Source: Stegostoma tigrinum (Eukaryota). Taken from it: 64,000 nt of DNA. The stretch spans positions 26,221,440 through 26,285,439 of the forward strand of contig NC_081371.1 in NCBI RefSeq assembly GCF_030684315.1, in the 5' to 3' direction. How positions within the stretch are numbered: position 1 is the first letter of the stretch; the number at the start of each line of letters is the position of its first letter. The position numbers and the translations under genes are program-made. Shown piece by piece: positions 49,278 through 62,059 of this stretch. The notes beneath the pieces were generated by a model. The model did no database searches and had not been told where the DNA came from. It saw only the letters and a program-made list of their open reading frames with translations.

Positions 49278-51317
49278 CCAACCCTGCGCCGCCTGCTTCT
49301 AGCTCCTTCCCAAAATCCACAAATCTGCCTGATTTGGTCAACCTATTGTCTCCACCTGCTCCTGTCCCACTGAACTCATCTCTACCTATCTGGACTCCAT
49401 GTTATCCCCCTTGGTCCAGGAACTCCCTACCTGCATCCATGACACAACCCACACCCTCCACCTCCCCCAGAACTTCCAATTCCCCGGTCACCAACACCGC
49501 ATTTTCACCATGGATGTCCAGTCCCTATACACCTGCATTCCCCATACAGATGGCTTAAAGGCCCTCCACTTCTTCCAGTCCGGCAGGGCCGACCAGTCAC
49601 CCGCCACTGACACCCTCACCCGTCTAGCCGAACTCGCCCTCACCCTCAACAACTTCTCTTTTGATTCCTCCCACTTCCTACAGACAAAGGGGGTGGCCAT
49701 GGGTACCCACATGGGCCCAAGCTTTGCCTGCCTTTTTGTAGGTTACGTGTAACAATCCCTCTTCTGTACCTACACTGGCCCCAAACCTCTTCCTCCGTTA
49801 CACTGACGACTGTATCAGTACCGCCTCGTGCTCCCATGAGGAGCTCGAACAGTTTATCCACTTCACCAACACCTTCCACCCCAACCTCAAGTTCACCTGG
49901 ACTGTCTTGAACACCTCGCTCACCTTCCTGGACCTCTCTGTCTCCACGTCATGCAGCCACCTAGAAACCGATATCCATTTCAAGCCCACCGACTCCCACA
50001 GCTACCTAGAATACACCTCCTACCACCCACCTTCCTGCAAAAATTCCATCCCCATTCCTAATTCCTTCACTGCCACTGCAGTTGCTCACATGATGAATCA
50101 TTCCACTCCCGTACATCTCAGATGTCCTTGTTTGTCAAGGATCGCAACTTCCCCCCCACAGTGGTCAAGAACGCCCTTGACTGTGTCTCCCACATTTCCC
50201 GCAACTCATCCCTCACACCCCGTCCCCACAATAATCACCAAAGCAGAATACTCCTTCATACTCACGTACCACCCCACCAACCTCCGGATCCAACGCATCA
50301 TCCTCCAACACTTCCGCCATCTGTAATCTGGCCCCATCACCAAAGTCATTTTTCCCTCCCCACCCTTGAATGCTTTCCGGAGGGACCACTGTCTTCGTGA
50401 CTCCGTTGTCCGCTCCACACTCCCCTCCAACCCCACCACACCCGGCCCTTTCCCCTGCAACCACAGGAAGTGCTACACCTGCCCCCACACCTCCTCCCTC
50501 ACCCCCATCCCAGGCCCCAAGAAGACTTTCCACATCAAGCAGATGTTCACCTGCCCATCTGCCAATGTGGTATACTGCATCCGCTGCTCCTGTTGTGGCC
50601 TCCTCTATATCAGGGAAACCAAGCAGAGGCTTCGGGACCACTTTGCAGAACACCTCCGCTCGGTTCGCAACAAACAACTGCACCTCCCAGTTGCAAACCA
50701 TTTCAACTCCCCCTCCCATTCCTTAGATGACATGTCCACCCTGGGCCTCCTGCAGTGCCACAACGATGCAACCCGAAGGTTACAGGAACAGCAACTCATA
50801 TTCCGCTTGGGAACCCTGCAGCCCAATGGTATCAATGTGGATTTCGCAAGCTTCAAAATCTCCCCTCCCCGCTACTGCATCCCAAAACCAGCCCAGCTCG
50901 GCCCGCCTCCCTAACCTGTTCTTCCTCTCACCTATCCCCTCCTCCCATCTCAAGCCGCATCCTCATTTCCTTCCTGCTAACCTAATCCCGCCCCTTTGAT
51001 CTATCTGCCCATCCCGGACTGACCTATCCGCTCCCTACCTCCCCACCTACACTCACCTTTACTGGCTCCATCCCCGCCTCTTTAACTTGTCTGTCTCCTC
51101 TCCACTTATCTTCTCCTCTATCCATCTTCGATCCGCCTGCCCCTCTCTCCCTATTTATTTCAGATCCTTCTCCCCCTCCCCCATTTCTGATGAAGGGTCT
51201 AGGCCCGAAACGGCAGCTTTTGTGCTCCTAAGATGCTGCTTGGCCTGCTGTGTTCATCCAGTTCCACACCTTGTCATCTTGCATTCTCCAGCATCTGCAG
51301 TTTCTATTATCTCTGAT
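49278..51317 (+). mobile_element. Neptune-type PLE, 5'-truncated: RT, Cys-rich linker, GIY-YIG and terminal repeat; 10-bp TSD
   Basis: FTMDVQSLYTCIP, QTKGVAMGT and LTFLDL RT motifs; PCNHRKCYTC linker; VVYCIRCSCCGLLYIRETK. TSD ACAATTTCAA at 49268-49277 and 51318-51327. The hammerhead core at 51187-51214 has a mutated GGC triplet. Confidence 0.92.
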
Positions 51318-53029
51318 ACAATTTCAAGTGTAGAGTGTCCCAATGATAAAGCTGCCACTTTCTGCAGTACTGGTGCCAGTGCATCATGAATTCAAACCCA
51401 CTGCTACCGCATCAGTCTTTGAACTACATATTCATCTCTCTAATCTTTATTAATCTATACCAATTTATGTGTAGATCAGAGATTAATCAAAGAGTGTTAC
51501 CTTTGAGTAGTGCTTCATAATTTAGTGTCAAGATCCTAATACTGACTACAGAAATTTTTCTGCGTCCTGTATATGTCATTAGTACCTCTATGGATGATGG
51601 TGACCAGATCCCCACCTTCCGGCTCTAAGTTTCTCTCAGGGTATGAGCAGATGTCCCAAATGTAGGTACTTGGCAGGTAATAAAGACCTTGGGAGTCTTG
51701 CACTTTTCTGCAGAGAATAATGTCAATCCCATTTACTATAATGTTACAATTATCATTGCTACCCTTCTGCCGCCCCCACTTGAATGGCTTTCTGACAATG
51801 CTGTCATCGTCATCTTGCTCATCCAACTGCTCCCGCTAAACACCTGTAAAGCCTGCATGCCCTCTGAGCAGCCTATTCACTCACTTAGGGCATCTCTGCA
51901 CCTGTGCACAGCAATATCTGTGCCACCAATTTTCATCTTCCATATTACCTTTCTCCCTCTTTCCAAGAAGAAACATCCCACAATAGGACAGAAATAATTA
52001 TGACAATGGTGTGCTGCCTACCATTTGGTTCCTCACCTTTTATGAGGACAGTAGCTTGACTCTTAATGTTTCAAACAGGATTGATGTTGAAGACTTGTAC
52101 TGTGCCAGGAACCCTTGAGAGAAGGCTATCCTCCTTGACTTTACTGAGACATGCTGACAACCAAGAAAATCTTCTTGGCTTTTTTTGTGCACTAAATGGC
52201 AAAGCAAGGCAATAGTTATATGAATCTGGTATCTCTGGCTAAGGGTACAAAGACCAAAAAGACAAGGTAAGGCAATGCAAGGCTTGGATGCTGTGAGCAT
52301 CTAGGTAGGCTCAGAGTGAGTGAGCATTCTGAGAGTGAGCGAAGAGCCTGAAGATACAGCCTGGTCCAGTCAATGAACTGGGCGTGTGTCCCTGAGTGAA
52401 CAGCGTTCTTACAATGTTAGTTTCCAGTGTACCTGAGGGGCAGCAATGACATTCAGAAGTGTCATATGAGTGGATTGTTGATTTGAGAAGAAGGTTCATA
52501 GAGGCTGGCAAAATGGGACATCAATGTCTGTGGATGTGGGGTACGTGCAACTGGTGCCCATAGAGTGTGCACTGAAATATTAGTACCTGTTTCCAACAGA
52601 AGTGTTGTTTGGAGCTGAATTCACCAGGTACTTACTCTGATTTGCACATGAAACTTTCCTGAAGTCTAATTTGTTGGTTAGTTTGCTAATTTCAGAATCT
52701 GAACAATAATGAGGTGAATTGGGCTATCAAAAAGAAGGTTAACATGTATTAATCTTCAACAACTGGCAACTCATTGCTGACTAGCAAGAAACTTGCCATC
52801 TTGCTTGTGGGAAGTGGAAAAATGGAGCAAGATGATCGCTTTATTGAGATCCGCTTTATTGCACTTCTCATCTCATCCTGCCACACATGTCAGCAAAGCC
52901 TATGTCCCTCAAATCTTTATAAGATTTAATCTTTACACTGAATCTTTACACTGCTTCAGGTTGTGAAAAAGACTTAAGACGTTTTCAGGCAGGTATAGAT
53001 ATGTATATTATATAATACATATATATAGA

Positions 53030-53860
53030 TGAATCAATGAGCAGCAATCTGGAAGATGGCGTGTAATATGTGAAGTTGTTGACATTGGTAGGAAGAATTA
53101 AAAAAGCAGTGTATTCGTCAAATGGACAGCAACTGTGGAATTCTGAGGTACAGAGTAGTCTAGGTGTTGTAATACATGAGTAACAGAGAGTTTGTATGAA
53201 GGTACAGCATGTAATGACAGAGCCTTTTTGCCGGTGGGGGGGGGATTTGGACATAAATGGATGTTATGCTTCAGAACACTAAGCTTCACTGTGTCCAATT
53301 TTGGTTTCCTTACTTAAGGAAAAATGTCACTGCATTACAGGTTGCTCAGAGGTAGTTTACTTGATTAATACCTGGACTAGGTTGTTCTATGAAGAAAAGT
53401 TGTCCTATTTTGGTCAGGCTGGGCTTATGTCCACTGGAGTTTAGAACAGTGAGGAATGAAATGATTGAAATGTCTAAGATCCTGAACAATCTCAACAAGG
53501 TGGATATGGAAAGGATATTTGTGCACATGGATGAGTCCACATCTAGGGGTCACTATTTTAAAATTAGGGACACCCTCTTAGGATGGAAAGAGGAGTTACT
53601 TTTCTCCCAGATGGTGTTGAGACTTTTGAACGCTTTGCTTTAGAAGGCAGTAGGAGCAGGGCTACTAAATAAGGGAGAGGTATAATGACATCTTTAAGAG
53701 AGAGGTAAAAATATTCTTCTTAGACAAGGAACCAAAGTTATTGGGAGTAGATGGGAAAGGGGAATTCAAATACAAACTGATCAGCTAGAACTTTATTCAA
53801 TGGTGAAGCAGGCTTGAGGGGTCAAATGACTTACGTCTGCTCATATTATACATATCTTTC
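53030..53860 (+). mobile_element. Old CR1 3' fragment
   Basis: ORF 53389..53643 contains RLGLCPLEFRTVRNEMIE...SRGHYFKIR...FSQMVLRLLNAL. Confidence 0.75.
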
Positions 53861-54041
53861 CCATCTCCAGTGCTCTCCTTCGTGCTGTTTATGTAGCCTC
53901 TGTGGCTCTTTATGTTGTTTCTCTTTCCAAATCTCCCTATCTTGCTCTTGACTGCCTTGTTACATTTGTCTAGTAACAGAATGTTGTAAGTAGGTAGATA
54001 TTAATTGTATTGATAGTTGCATATGATAGTGCTTTACAAAC

Positions 54042-54172
54042 CACTGAAATATTTCCCAAAGTCCAAGGTTTTGAATTCTGTCAATTTTCTGGATATTGCC
54101 AGTCTTCATGCTGTTCTCGAAGAGAGACTGGATTTTCTTATATTCATTGGAGAGTGGAGAGAGCTGGGTACG
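54042..54172 (-). CDS. PARP12/ZC3HAV1-like protein, coding exon (PARP domain N-terminal part)
   Basis: TTCTTCTTGCAG acceptor; 131 nt, phase 0-2; RTQLSPLSNEYKKIQSLFENSMKTGNIQKIDRIQNLGLWEIFQ(W); TG|GTTTGT donor. Confidence 0.92.
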
Positions 54173-55006
54173 CTGCAAGAAGAATCCAGACCGTGAGCAT
54201 ACAACCGAGAATATTAAAATAAAACTTTATTTTATCGAGTTTATTTTATGATCAAATGTTCCCGTCAGGGAAATCATCTTGGGGTGTGGTTGGGGAGTGA
54301 TGGTAGGCTTATAGCCAATTACTGTTTTCTCATTAATGAATAGGCCATGCTTCCTAGCTGGTTGGTACTACAGTATAAGCTCATGTACTGTCCACATATG
54401 GATCCAATAGGAGACAGCTGCATTGATAACGTGGCCAGCATTTTGATTACCTTCAACAAGGAACAACATGTCAGAACATCCAGTGTGTTTCCAAAGTGCA
54501 GCAGGTGGCACACTGATATTTACATAGTCCGTCTGTCAGTAAGGGCCTGTAATGTGTGAAATACACTGAAGAACCATGAAACACTTTGACAAATTTATAA
54601 GCTTGAATGAGGACTTCGTGTTGGCAAATAGTAACTCGGTAACAGACTAATAGATAAGGCCTTAGAGCATGGAATTATCTTCTCAAGAGCTGCTGAATGG
54701 TACCTGGTAAATTGCACCATCTTACTCTACCAGGTTCCTTAAAGCATTTTATCACCTATCTTTCCATTTCAAAGATGGCGGTGCTTGCGTAGTTGGTAGT
54801 GTTTGGTCTCCTGAGCACGTCTGCTCCACGGAGGCTACAGCCTTCTCTCTCTCTCCTTTCTCATCTTTATCTTCATCCTATTTCTTTTCTTCATCTTCTG
54901 ACATCATGGGGAAACCGAAGTGGTGTGGTGGGCATCAGCTGCAATGGTGGCAGTGCCTGGAGCGAAGACTCCTGGCTGCCAGAAGCCCACAGTATGGACT
55001 TGGGGA

Positions 55007-55744
55007 TGTATACTGCATCCACTGTACCTGGTGTGGCTTCCTCTACATTGGGGAAACCAAGCGGAGGCTTGGGGACCGCTTTGCAGAACACCTCCGCTCG
55101 GTTCGCAATAAACAACTGCACCTCCCAGTCGCAAACCATTTCCACTCCCCCTCCCATTCTTTAGATGACATGTCCATCATGGGCCTCCTGCAGTGCCACA
55201 ATGATGCCACCCGAAGGTTGCAGGAACAGCAACTCATATTCCACTTGGGAACCCTGCAGCCTAATGGTATCAATGTGGACTTCACCAGCTTCAAAATCTC
55301 CCCTTCCCCCACTGCATCCCAAAACCAGCCCAGTTCATCCCCTCCCCCCACTGCACCACACAATGAGCCCAGCTCTTCCCCTCCACCCACTGCATCCCAA
55401 AACCAGTCCAGCCTGTCTCTGCCTCCCTAACCTGTTCTTCCTCTCACCCATCCCTTCCTCCCACCCCAAGCCGCAGCTCCATCTCCTACCTACTAACCTC
55501 ATCCCACCTCCTTGACCTGTCTGTCTTCCCTGGACTGACCTATCCCCTCCCTACCTCCCCACCTATACTCTCATCTCCACCTATCTTCTTTTCTCTCCAT
55601 CTTCGGTCCGCCTCTCCCTATTTATTCCAGAACCCTCACCCCATCACCCTCTCTGATGAAGAGTCTAGGCCCGAAACGTCAGCTTTTGTGCTCCTGAGAT
55701 GCTGCTTGGCCTGCTGTGTTCATCCAGCCTCACATTTCATTATC
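55007..55744 (+). mobile_element. Neptune-type PLE 3' fragment (GIY-YIG plus terminal repeat) with 13-bp TSD
   Basis: VYCIHCTWCGFLYIGETKRRLGDRFAEH; TSD ATGGACTTGGGGA at 54994-55006 and 55745-55757. Confidence 0.92.
55651..55682 (+). ncRNA. Minimal hammerhead ribozyme motif
   Basis: CU-CUGAUGA-AGAGUCUAGGCCC-GAAAC-GUC-AG, with a palindromic ACGU stem III and one mismatch in stem II. Confidence 0.7.
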
Positions 55745-56562
55745 ATGGACTTGGGGACTCGGGCTTTTGGCTGCAGCTGAGGCATTGCCTGGAGTGTGGG
55801 GACACCTGGCTATGGTATGCTTGGAGCATGATTGTCATTGCTGTACCTTGAGGCCCAGGACGCTTTGTAGAGATCTTACAGAAGCCCTGGAGCCATGTTT
55901 GAAAGACCCGTTGTACAGAAGATGAACTCTTTTTATGTAATTTCTTTTTAGTCTTTTTGTAACCTAAAACGGCATTGGATCGTGGTGGCAAATCACTTTT
56001 CACTGTATCTTTCTATATATATATGACAATGAATAATTCATATGCTATATTTATGCTCTGCACAGCACTGAGCCTTACCACTTCCGGTTAAGCAGTTCCA
56101 GCACAGCAAACGATCTTGTAAATAACTGATGTAGCAACTGTGCCACATTGTCATCCATCAAGAAAGAATATCAGGGCAGCTTTAGTTTGCCAATTGTCAG
56201 GCAATTCTGTTTGATTTTATTTCAATATTTGTTCTTGGTTGTTAATTTTTTCCATGACCCTCTAAAAGGGTTGAACGCTTTAAAAATAATTTTAAATGCA
56301 TTAATAAGTCTTAATATCACATTCCACACCCCGATCCCAAAAAAGGCCGCTGAATAATCCAGTTCAGCAATGATAACATGTAGACTCAATTCTAGATGCC
56401 TGCCAATCTCATTTCATTATGCAAGACCTAAGCCACGGGGAGTGGATGATGGACCAGTGTCTTTTAGCAGGAATTGTAAATTTGTGCTCAAATACTTTAA
56501 ATGTGAATTGGCTGCTGCAGAATCTCAGTATCACTAATGTGTAATAGAGGAAATGTTTTTAC

Positions 56563-56656
56563 CGTGTATCCTATGCTTGTCAAAGCTGACTTGTCCCAAT
56601 AATCTGGTACACTTTTTGATTCGCAGGAACTGGCTTTCCTTAGTTGCGACCGAACA
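56563..56656 (-). CDS. PARP12/ZC3HAV1-like protein, linker exon preceding the PARP domain
   Basis: TTTTACAACAG acceptor; 94 nt, phase 2-0; VRSQLRKASSCESKSVPDYWDKSALTSIGYT (cf. the PDYWD motif of PARP12); ACG|GTAAAA donor. Not in the supplied ORF track. Confidence 0.88.
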
Positions 56657-56878
56657 CTGTTGTAAAATTAAAGAATATTAAATATTACCCAATATTATAC
56701 AATGCAGAGTTATCTAAGACACTTGCAACATTTGTGCATTTTGCCATCAGTGAAATAGATGTCAGAGGTTAAGAAGTAAACATTCTTTACATTTTGGTAT
56801 CAGTTTCACCAAACATTCCCAAACTCAGTACAACACAGGAGAGAGGTTAAAATAAAACAAAGAAATCCAGATGCATCT

Positions 56879-58950
56879 AGCTGGGATGAGAGGTGGCAAA
56901 TGGAGTTTAATGTGGACAAGTGTGAGGTGATGCACTTTGGTAGGAGTAACTGGAAGGCAAAGTACTGGGCTAATGGTAAGATTCTTGGTAGTGTAGATGA
57001 GCAGAGAGATCTCGGTGTCCATGTACACAGATCCTTAAAAGTTGCCACCCAGGTTGACAGGGTTGTTAAGAAGACATACAGTGTTTTAGCTTTTATTAAT
57101 AGAGGGATCGAGTTCCGGAACCGTGAGGTTTTGCTGCAGCTGTACAAAACTCTGGTGCGGCCGCACTTGGAGTATTGTATACAGTTCTGGTCACTGCATT
57201 ATAAGAAGGATGTGGAAGCTTTGGAAAGGGTGCAGAGGGGATTTACTAGGATGTTGCCTGGTATGGAGGGAAGGTCTTACGAGGAAAGGCTGAGGGACTT
57301 GAGGGTGTTTTCGTTAGAGAGAAGAAGGTTGAGAGGTGACTTAATTGAGACATTGAAAATAATCAGAGGGTTAGATAGGATGAATAGGGAGAGCCTTTTT
57401 CCCAGGATGGTGACGGCAAGCACGACGGGGCATAGCTTTAAATTGAGGGGTGAAAGATATAGGACAGATGTCAAAGGTAGTTTCTTTACTCAAACAGTAG
57501 TAAGGGAATGGAATGCTTTGCCTGCAATGGTAGTAGAATCGCCAGCATTAAGTACATTTAAGTCGTCATTGGACAAGCATATGGACGTACATAGAACATA
57601 GAACATTATAGCACAGAACAGGCCCTTCGGCCTTCGGTGTTGTGCCAACCTGTCATACCAATCTGAAGCCCATCTAACCTACACTATTCCATATACGTCC
57701 ATATGCTTGTCCAATGACGACTTAAATGTACTTTAAGTTGGTGAATCTACTACCATTGCAGGCAAAGCGTTTCATTCCCTTACTACTGTCTGAGTAAAGA
57801 AACTACCTCTGACATCTGTCCTATATCTTTTATCCCTCAATTTAAAGCTATGCCCCCTCGTGCTCGCCGTCACCATCCTAGGAAAAAGGCTCTCCCTATC
57901 CACCCTATCTAACCCTCTGACTATTTTATATGACTCAATTAAGTCACCTCTCAACCTTCTTCTCTCTAACGAAAACACCCTCAAGTTCCTCAGCCTTTCC
58001 TCGTAATACTTTCCTTCCATACCAGGCAACATCCTAGTAAATCTCCTCTGCACCCTTTCCAAAGCTTCCACATCCTTCTTATAATGCAGAGACCAGAACT
58101 GTACACAATACTCCAAGTGCGGCCGCACCAGAGTTTTGTACAGCTGCAGCATAACCTCTTGGTTCCGGAACTTGATCCCTCTATTAATAAAAGCTAAAAC
58201 ACTGTATGCCTTCTTAACAACCCTGTCAACCTGGGTGGCAAATTTCAAGGATCTGTGTACATGGACACTGAGGTCTCTCTGCTCATCTACACTACTAAGA
58301 ATCTTACCATTAGCCCGGTACTTTGCATTCTGGTTACTCCTACCAAAGTGTATCACCTCACACTTGTCTGCATTAAACTCCATTTGCCACCTCTCAGCCC
58401 AGCTCTGCAGCTTATCTATGTCTCTCTGCAACCTACAGCATCCTTCCTCACTATCCACAACTCCACCGACCTTAGTGTCGTCTGAAAATTTACTAGCCCA
58501 TCCTTCTACGCCCTCATCCAGGTCATTTATAAAAATGACAAACAGCAGTGGACCCAACACCGACCCTTGCGGTACACCACTAGTAACTGGTCTCCAGGAT
58601 GAACATTTCCCATCAACCACAACCCTCCGTCTTCTTTCAGCAAGCCAATTTCTGATCCAAACTGCTCTTTCTCCACAATCCCATTCCTCCACATTTTGTA
58701 CAATAGCCTATCGTGGGGAACCTTATCGAACGCCTTGCTGAAATCCATATACACCACATCAACCGGTTTACTCTCATCTACCTGTTTGGTCACCTTCTCA
58801 AAGAACTCAATAAGGTTTGTGAGGCACGACCTAGCCTTCACAAAGGGTATATACATGGAATAGTGTAGGTTAGATGGGCTTCAGATTGGTATGACAGGTC
58901 GGCACAACATCGAGGACCGAAGGGCCTGTACTGTGCTGAAATGTTCTATG
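56879..58950 (+). mobile_element. Young CR1 3' fragment (56879-57592 plus 58857-58950) split by an antisense copy of the same family
   Basis: ORF 56900..57601. The 3' UTR resumes at 58857 (GGAATAGTGTAGGTTAG...ATGTTCTATG). TACAT is duplicated at 57588-57592 and 58852-58856. Confidence 0.9.
57593..58845 (-). mobile_element. Young CR1 RT/3' fragment nested in opposite orientation
   Basis: ORFs 57772..58692 and 58527..58856; tail AGAACATAGAACAT at 57593; highly similar to 888-2552. Confidence 0.92.
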
Positions 58951-61199
58951 CTGGAATTCGAAAACAGAAGCAGAAACTGTCGGAGAAACTCAGAGCCAAC
59001 ATTCAGAGTCCAGTGACCCTTTTACAGATTCATGAAGAAAATTCACTTGAAACGTCTACTTTCTTTCTCTCCATAGATACTGCCAGACTAGTCAAATCTT
59101 TCCAGCAATTTTTGTTTTGGTACAGGAGGGAGGTTTCTTGTACTGCTTTACGTCACACTCTCAGATCAACTATTAAACTGGTAAGTGTAAAATTACTTTT
59201 GCACAATCTCAGCCTCGAACACTCTTTATTACACCGATTTTCCACAAGTCATGCTTCTGACCTTTCAGGATGAGATCTAATAATATTAGATCTTTCTCTC
59301 ACATACACATCATCCACTTGGCAGCCATGTTGGAATAATGCAGATACTCCACCCATGATTTTCCAACCATTAGTTTAAAGTAATAGATGTCAAGGTAGTT
59401 AAGTATTCCTATGGCTTGGACCTGAGACTATAAACAAATCCTGAAGTGATACATCAGAGAATCTGACAACAGTCTTATATTCCCTCCAAAAATATGCAAA
59501 ACACCAAGGGACTGAAAGGTAGTCAGTAGAACTCTAAGTTAGCTTCACCATATTATTCAGTTACAATAAGCATTATGATAGAATAAATAAATATAGGAGA
59601 CTTACTTCCTATGGATATTGAATCATTAATAACAATGTTTCAATCTAAAACTACTCTTACACTTGGCTGAAATCTGCATCTTATAAAAAAGGTGGATAAT
59701 TAATTTAAAGGAGAAATAAAGACACCTACATAGTGAAAATGACACATTGGGATTAATTTGAATCGGTTGAACCAAGTGGTTCCTCTGTGCTGTAAAGTTT
59801 TATGATTCTACATACCAGGCCATTTTGGAGAGATATGTTACTAATAACACAATGAAAAAAACACCTTTCAGTCCAAAATTAAGTTCAACCTTAAGTTCTT
59901 TAGTAAATCAATTGAGCGTGCATTAAACTGATTTTATCTTATGGATCTGCAGAATACAGCATTGCCTATGGCTGACTTCAATTTTAACTCAAGTCTTAAA
60001 GTTTGGTGCAATGAGTGATTTCTCTTTAGCCTCAGAGCACAACAATTTTGAATGTTCTGTTGGTATGTTTTGAAGGTGGCCCATATTCAAAGAGGAGCCC
60101 TATGACATATTGTATTTGGGGTTGGGAGCATATCAAAAAATGAAGGAGTAGGTGTGAGGATGGTGAGAGACAGAAAATACCTAAATTGGGGAGCATACAT
60201 TAATGCAGTTTTAAAAGCACTGTCACTGTGACTGGCAGTATTGGCCCTGCATTAGAGATTGGCTCCAGATATCCTTGTAACTCATGTCAAAATAGGATAA
60301 TTATTCTAAGATGATCAATAACCTAATGAGATTGATGAAAGTATGGTAGCTATGCAAGGACCTGAAGCTAGAAGGCTGAATCACAGATAGCATAGGCCTG
60401 AATTTACAATATCCAATTCCCATGGATAAAAGTCCTCTCCCAATGCAATATTCATGTAAAATTACCCTTGATGAGACTGGAGCTTGACCAACAATGAACT
60501 TCTTATAGATGGTCGAGATAAAACATTTAAATGTGTAGAAATGCCAACAAAATAAAACAATCAAAAAAGTGGGAATTATAGGAAAATACCATCAAAAATT
60601 GAGAATGAAGCATAAAAATCTACTAAGAAATAATACAGAAAAAAATCTCCCTGTACTTATTGGAAACTCTTTTACATCTGGTATCCTCTTTATATACCGC
60701 TGTAAAGGCAAGGCTGGATTTTGAGCACAGCGCAATCACATCACAACTTATGGGAAGTTCTTTGCATTTCAATTTTTATTCACTAAGGTTTTATTTAAAT
60801 ACTCCTTGAAGCTGTTAAACAAAATAGGCAAAGCAGTGTTGTTTCCAACATACCAGCATGACTGAAAAATTATATGCATGAGAATTCCATGTGGAAAGTT
60901 GTTAGGGATGCGCACCTTTAAAATATATAATACGGTCTAGTGGACAGCTCACGGCCTTATTTAGTCCTTAAATATCACACATTGTGATCATTATTTGGAG
61001 CTTTTGTCGATACTATGAAGTACTGAAAGGGAAATGTTCTCATCTGGGCATACTATTGGCAGAACTTTCCAAGGGCGTGTGGCACTGGCATAACTTTCCA
61101 AACCACAAGAGGTTTGTCAGAACATTGCAATTTCATGGCCTGTGATTTTACATCCATTATACATCCAGGAGCAACATAGCTGACAAAAAAGGGAGCAAA

Positions 61200-61330
61200 T
61201 TAGCGCAGATGCTGGAATCTATATTGAAAACAAAAAAAAATGCTGGGAATCACCACTGGACAGATAGCATCCATGGAGAGGGGCCAAGCTAACATTTTGA
61301 ATCGAGGTGACGCTTCATCAGAGCTGATGT
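61200..61330 (-). mobile_element. PLE terminal fragment with decayed hammerhead motif
   Basis: Minus strand reads AGCT-CTGATGA-AGCGTCACCTCGATTC-AAAATGTT-AGCT followed by ...TCCAGCATCTGC. Confidence 0.6.
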
Positions 61331-61419
61331 GAAGTGTGGAGGGAGCAGCATTTTTGCAAAAATAGGATGGTAGCTGAATGGGAGTGCAGCTATTCATTTT
61401 ATCTGAGTGGGAGTGCAGC

Positions 61420-62029
61420 CATCAAGATAAAATGCCCACATTAATTAAAGAAGGAGACAAGGATAGATCCTTTGAATATCCCACAAGTGATAGTTTGGGA
61501 GGAGTTGAAATATATAGAGGATTAAGAATGGAAGGCTGAATGGAGAGCACTGAAATAGTTAGATAAAATTTTCATCCTAGACAGAGGCAGGTTTAGAGTT
61601 TGGTGGTCTCCCATTTTCTCACAACCAACTGGTATGCCCTGACAACCTCGGACCTTTTACCAACAAAGGTGGCTTCTGATGGTTAATGGTTATCCAGTGA
61701 TGACCAGTGATGGCATCAATTAGGCAAATTAAAATCCAATTGACAGCACTCTTTGTACACCAACAGAATTTTCTAGAAGGCCCCATAGCCCTGATGAAGC
61801 TTGTACATGGAAAGGTGACAGCATCTTAACATCAAACTAGAGAGGCCAGAGAAGAACCCTGCAAAGCGATTCATTGTGATTACCCAGGGTATCAGCACCT
61901 CAGCTACAGCCAAAGGCCATTCTGTAGAAGCTGATTCCATGCCGCCTGATAATGTCATCAAGATAAAATGCCCACATTAATTAGAGAAGGAGACAAGGAT
62001 AGATCCATTGAATATCCCACAAGTGATAG
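61420..62029. repeat. 74-bp direct repeat (61420-61493 and 61956-62029) with 2 mismatches
   Basis: CATCAAGATAAAATGCCCACATTAATTA[A/G]AGAAGGAGACAAGGATAGATCC[T/A]TTGAATATCCCACAAGTGATAG. Confidence 0.9.
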
Positions 62030-62059
62030 CCAGGGACAGTAAAATATTTAATGTTTTAA

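Larger units (their letters stand above)
54770..56040 (+). mobile_element. Probable non-autonomous retroelement split by a PLE insertion
   Basis: Begins AAGATGGCGG (YY1-like) and ends CTTTTCACTGTA...TGACAATGAATAA, similar to the tail at 7300-7422. No coding similarity recognised. Confidence 0.45.

Noticed and set aside
54906-55430. 174-aa ORF fusing non-PLE sequence to a GIY-YIG domain
   Set aside because: Chance read-through across the insertion junction (TSD at 54994-55006), antisense within an intron, with no promoter or splice support.
60657-60699. Possible 43-nt upstream PARP exon (VYKEDTRCKRVSN, phase 1-2)
   Set aside because: Phase-compatible, but the donor (AA|GTACAG) is weak and the expected WWE-end RRRP motif is missing; left unresolved.
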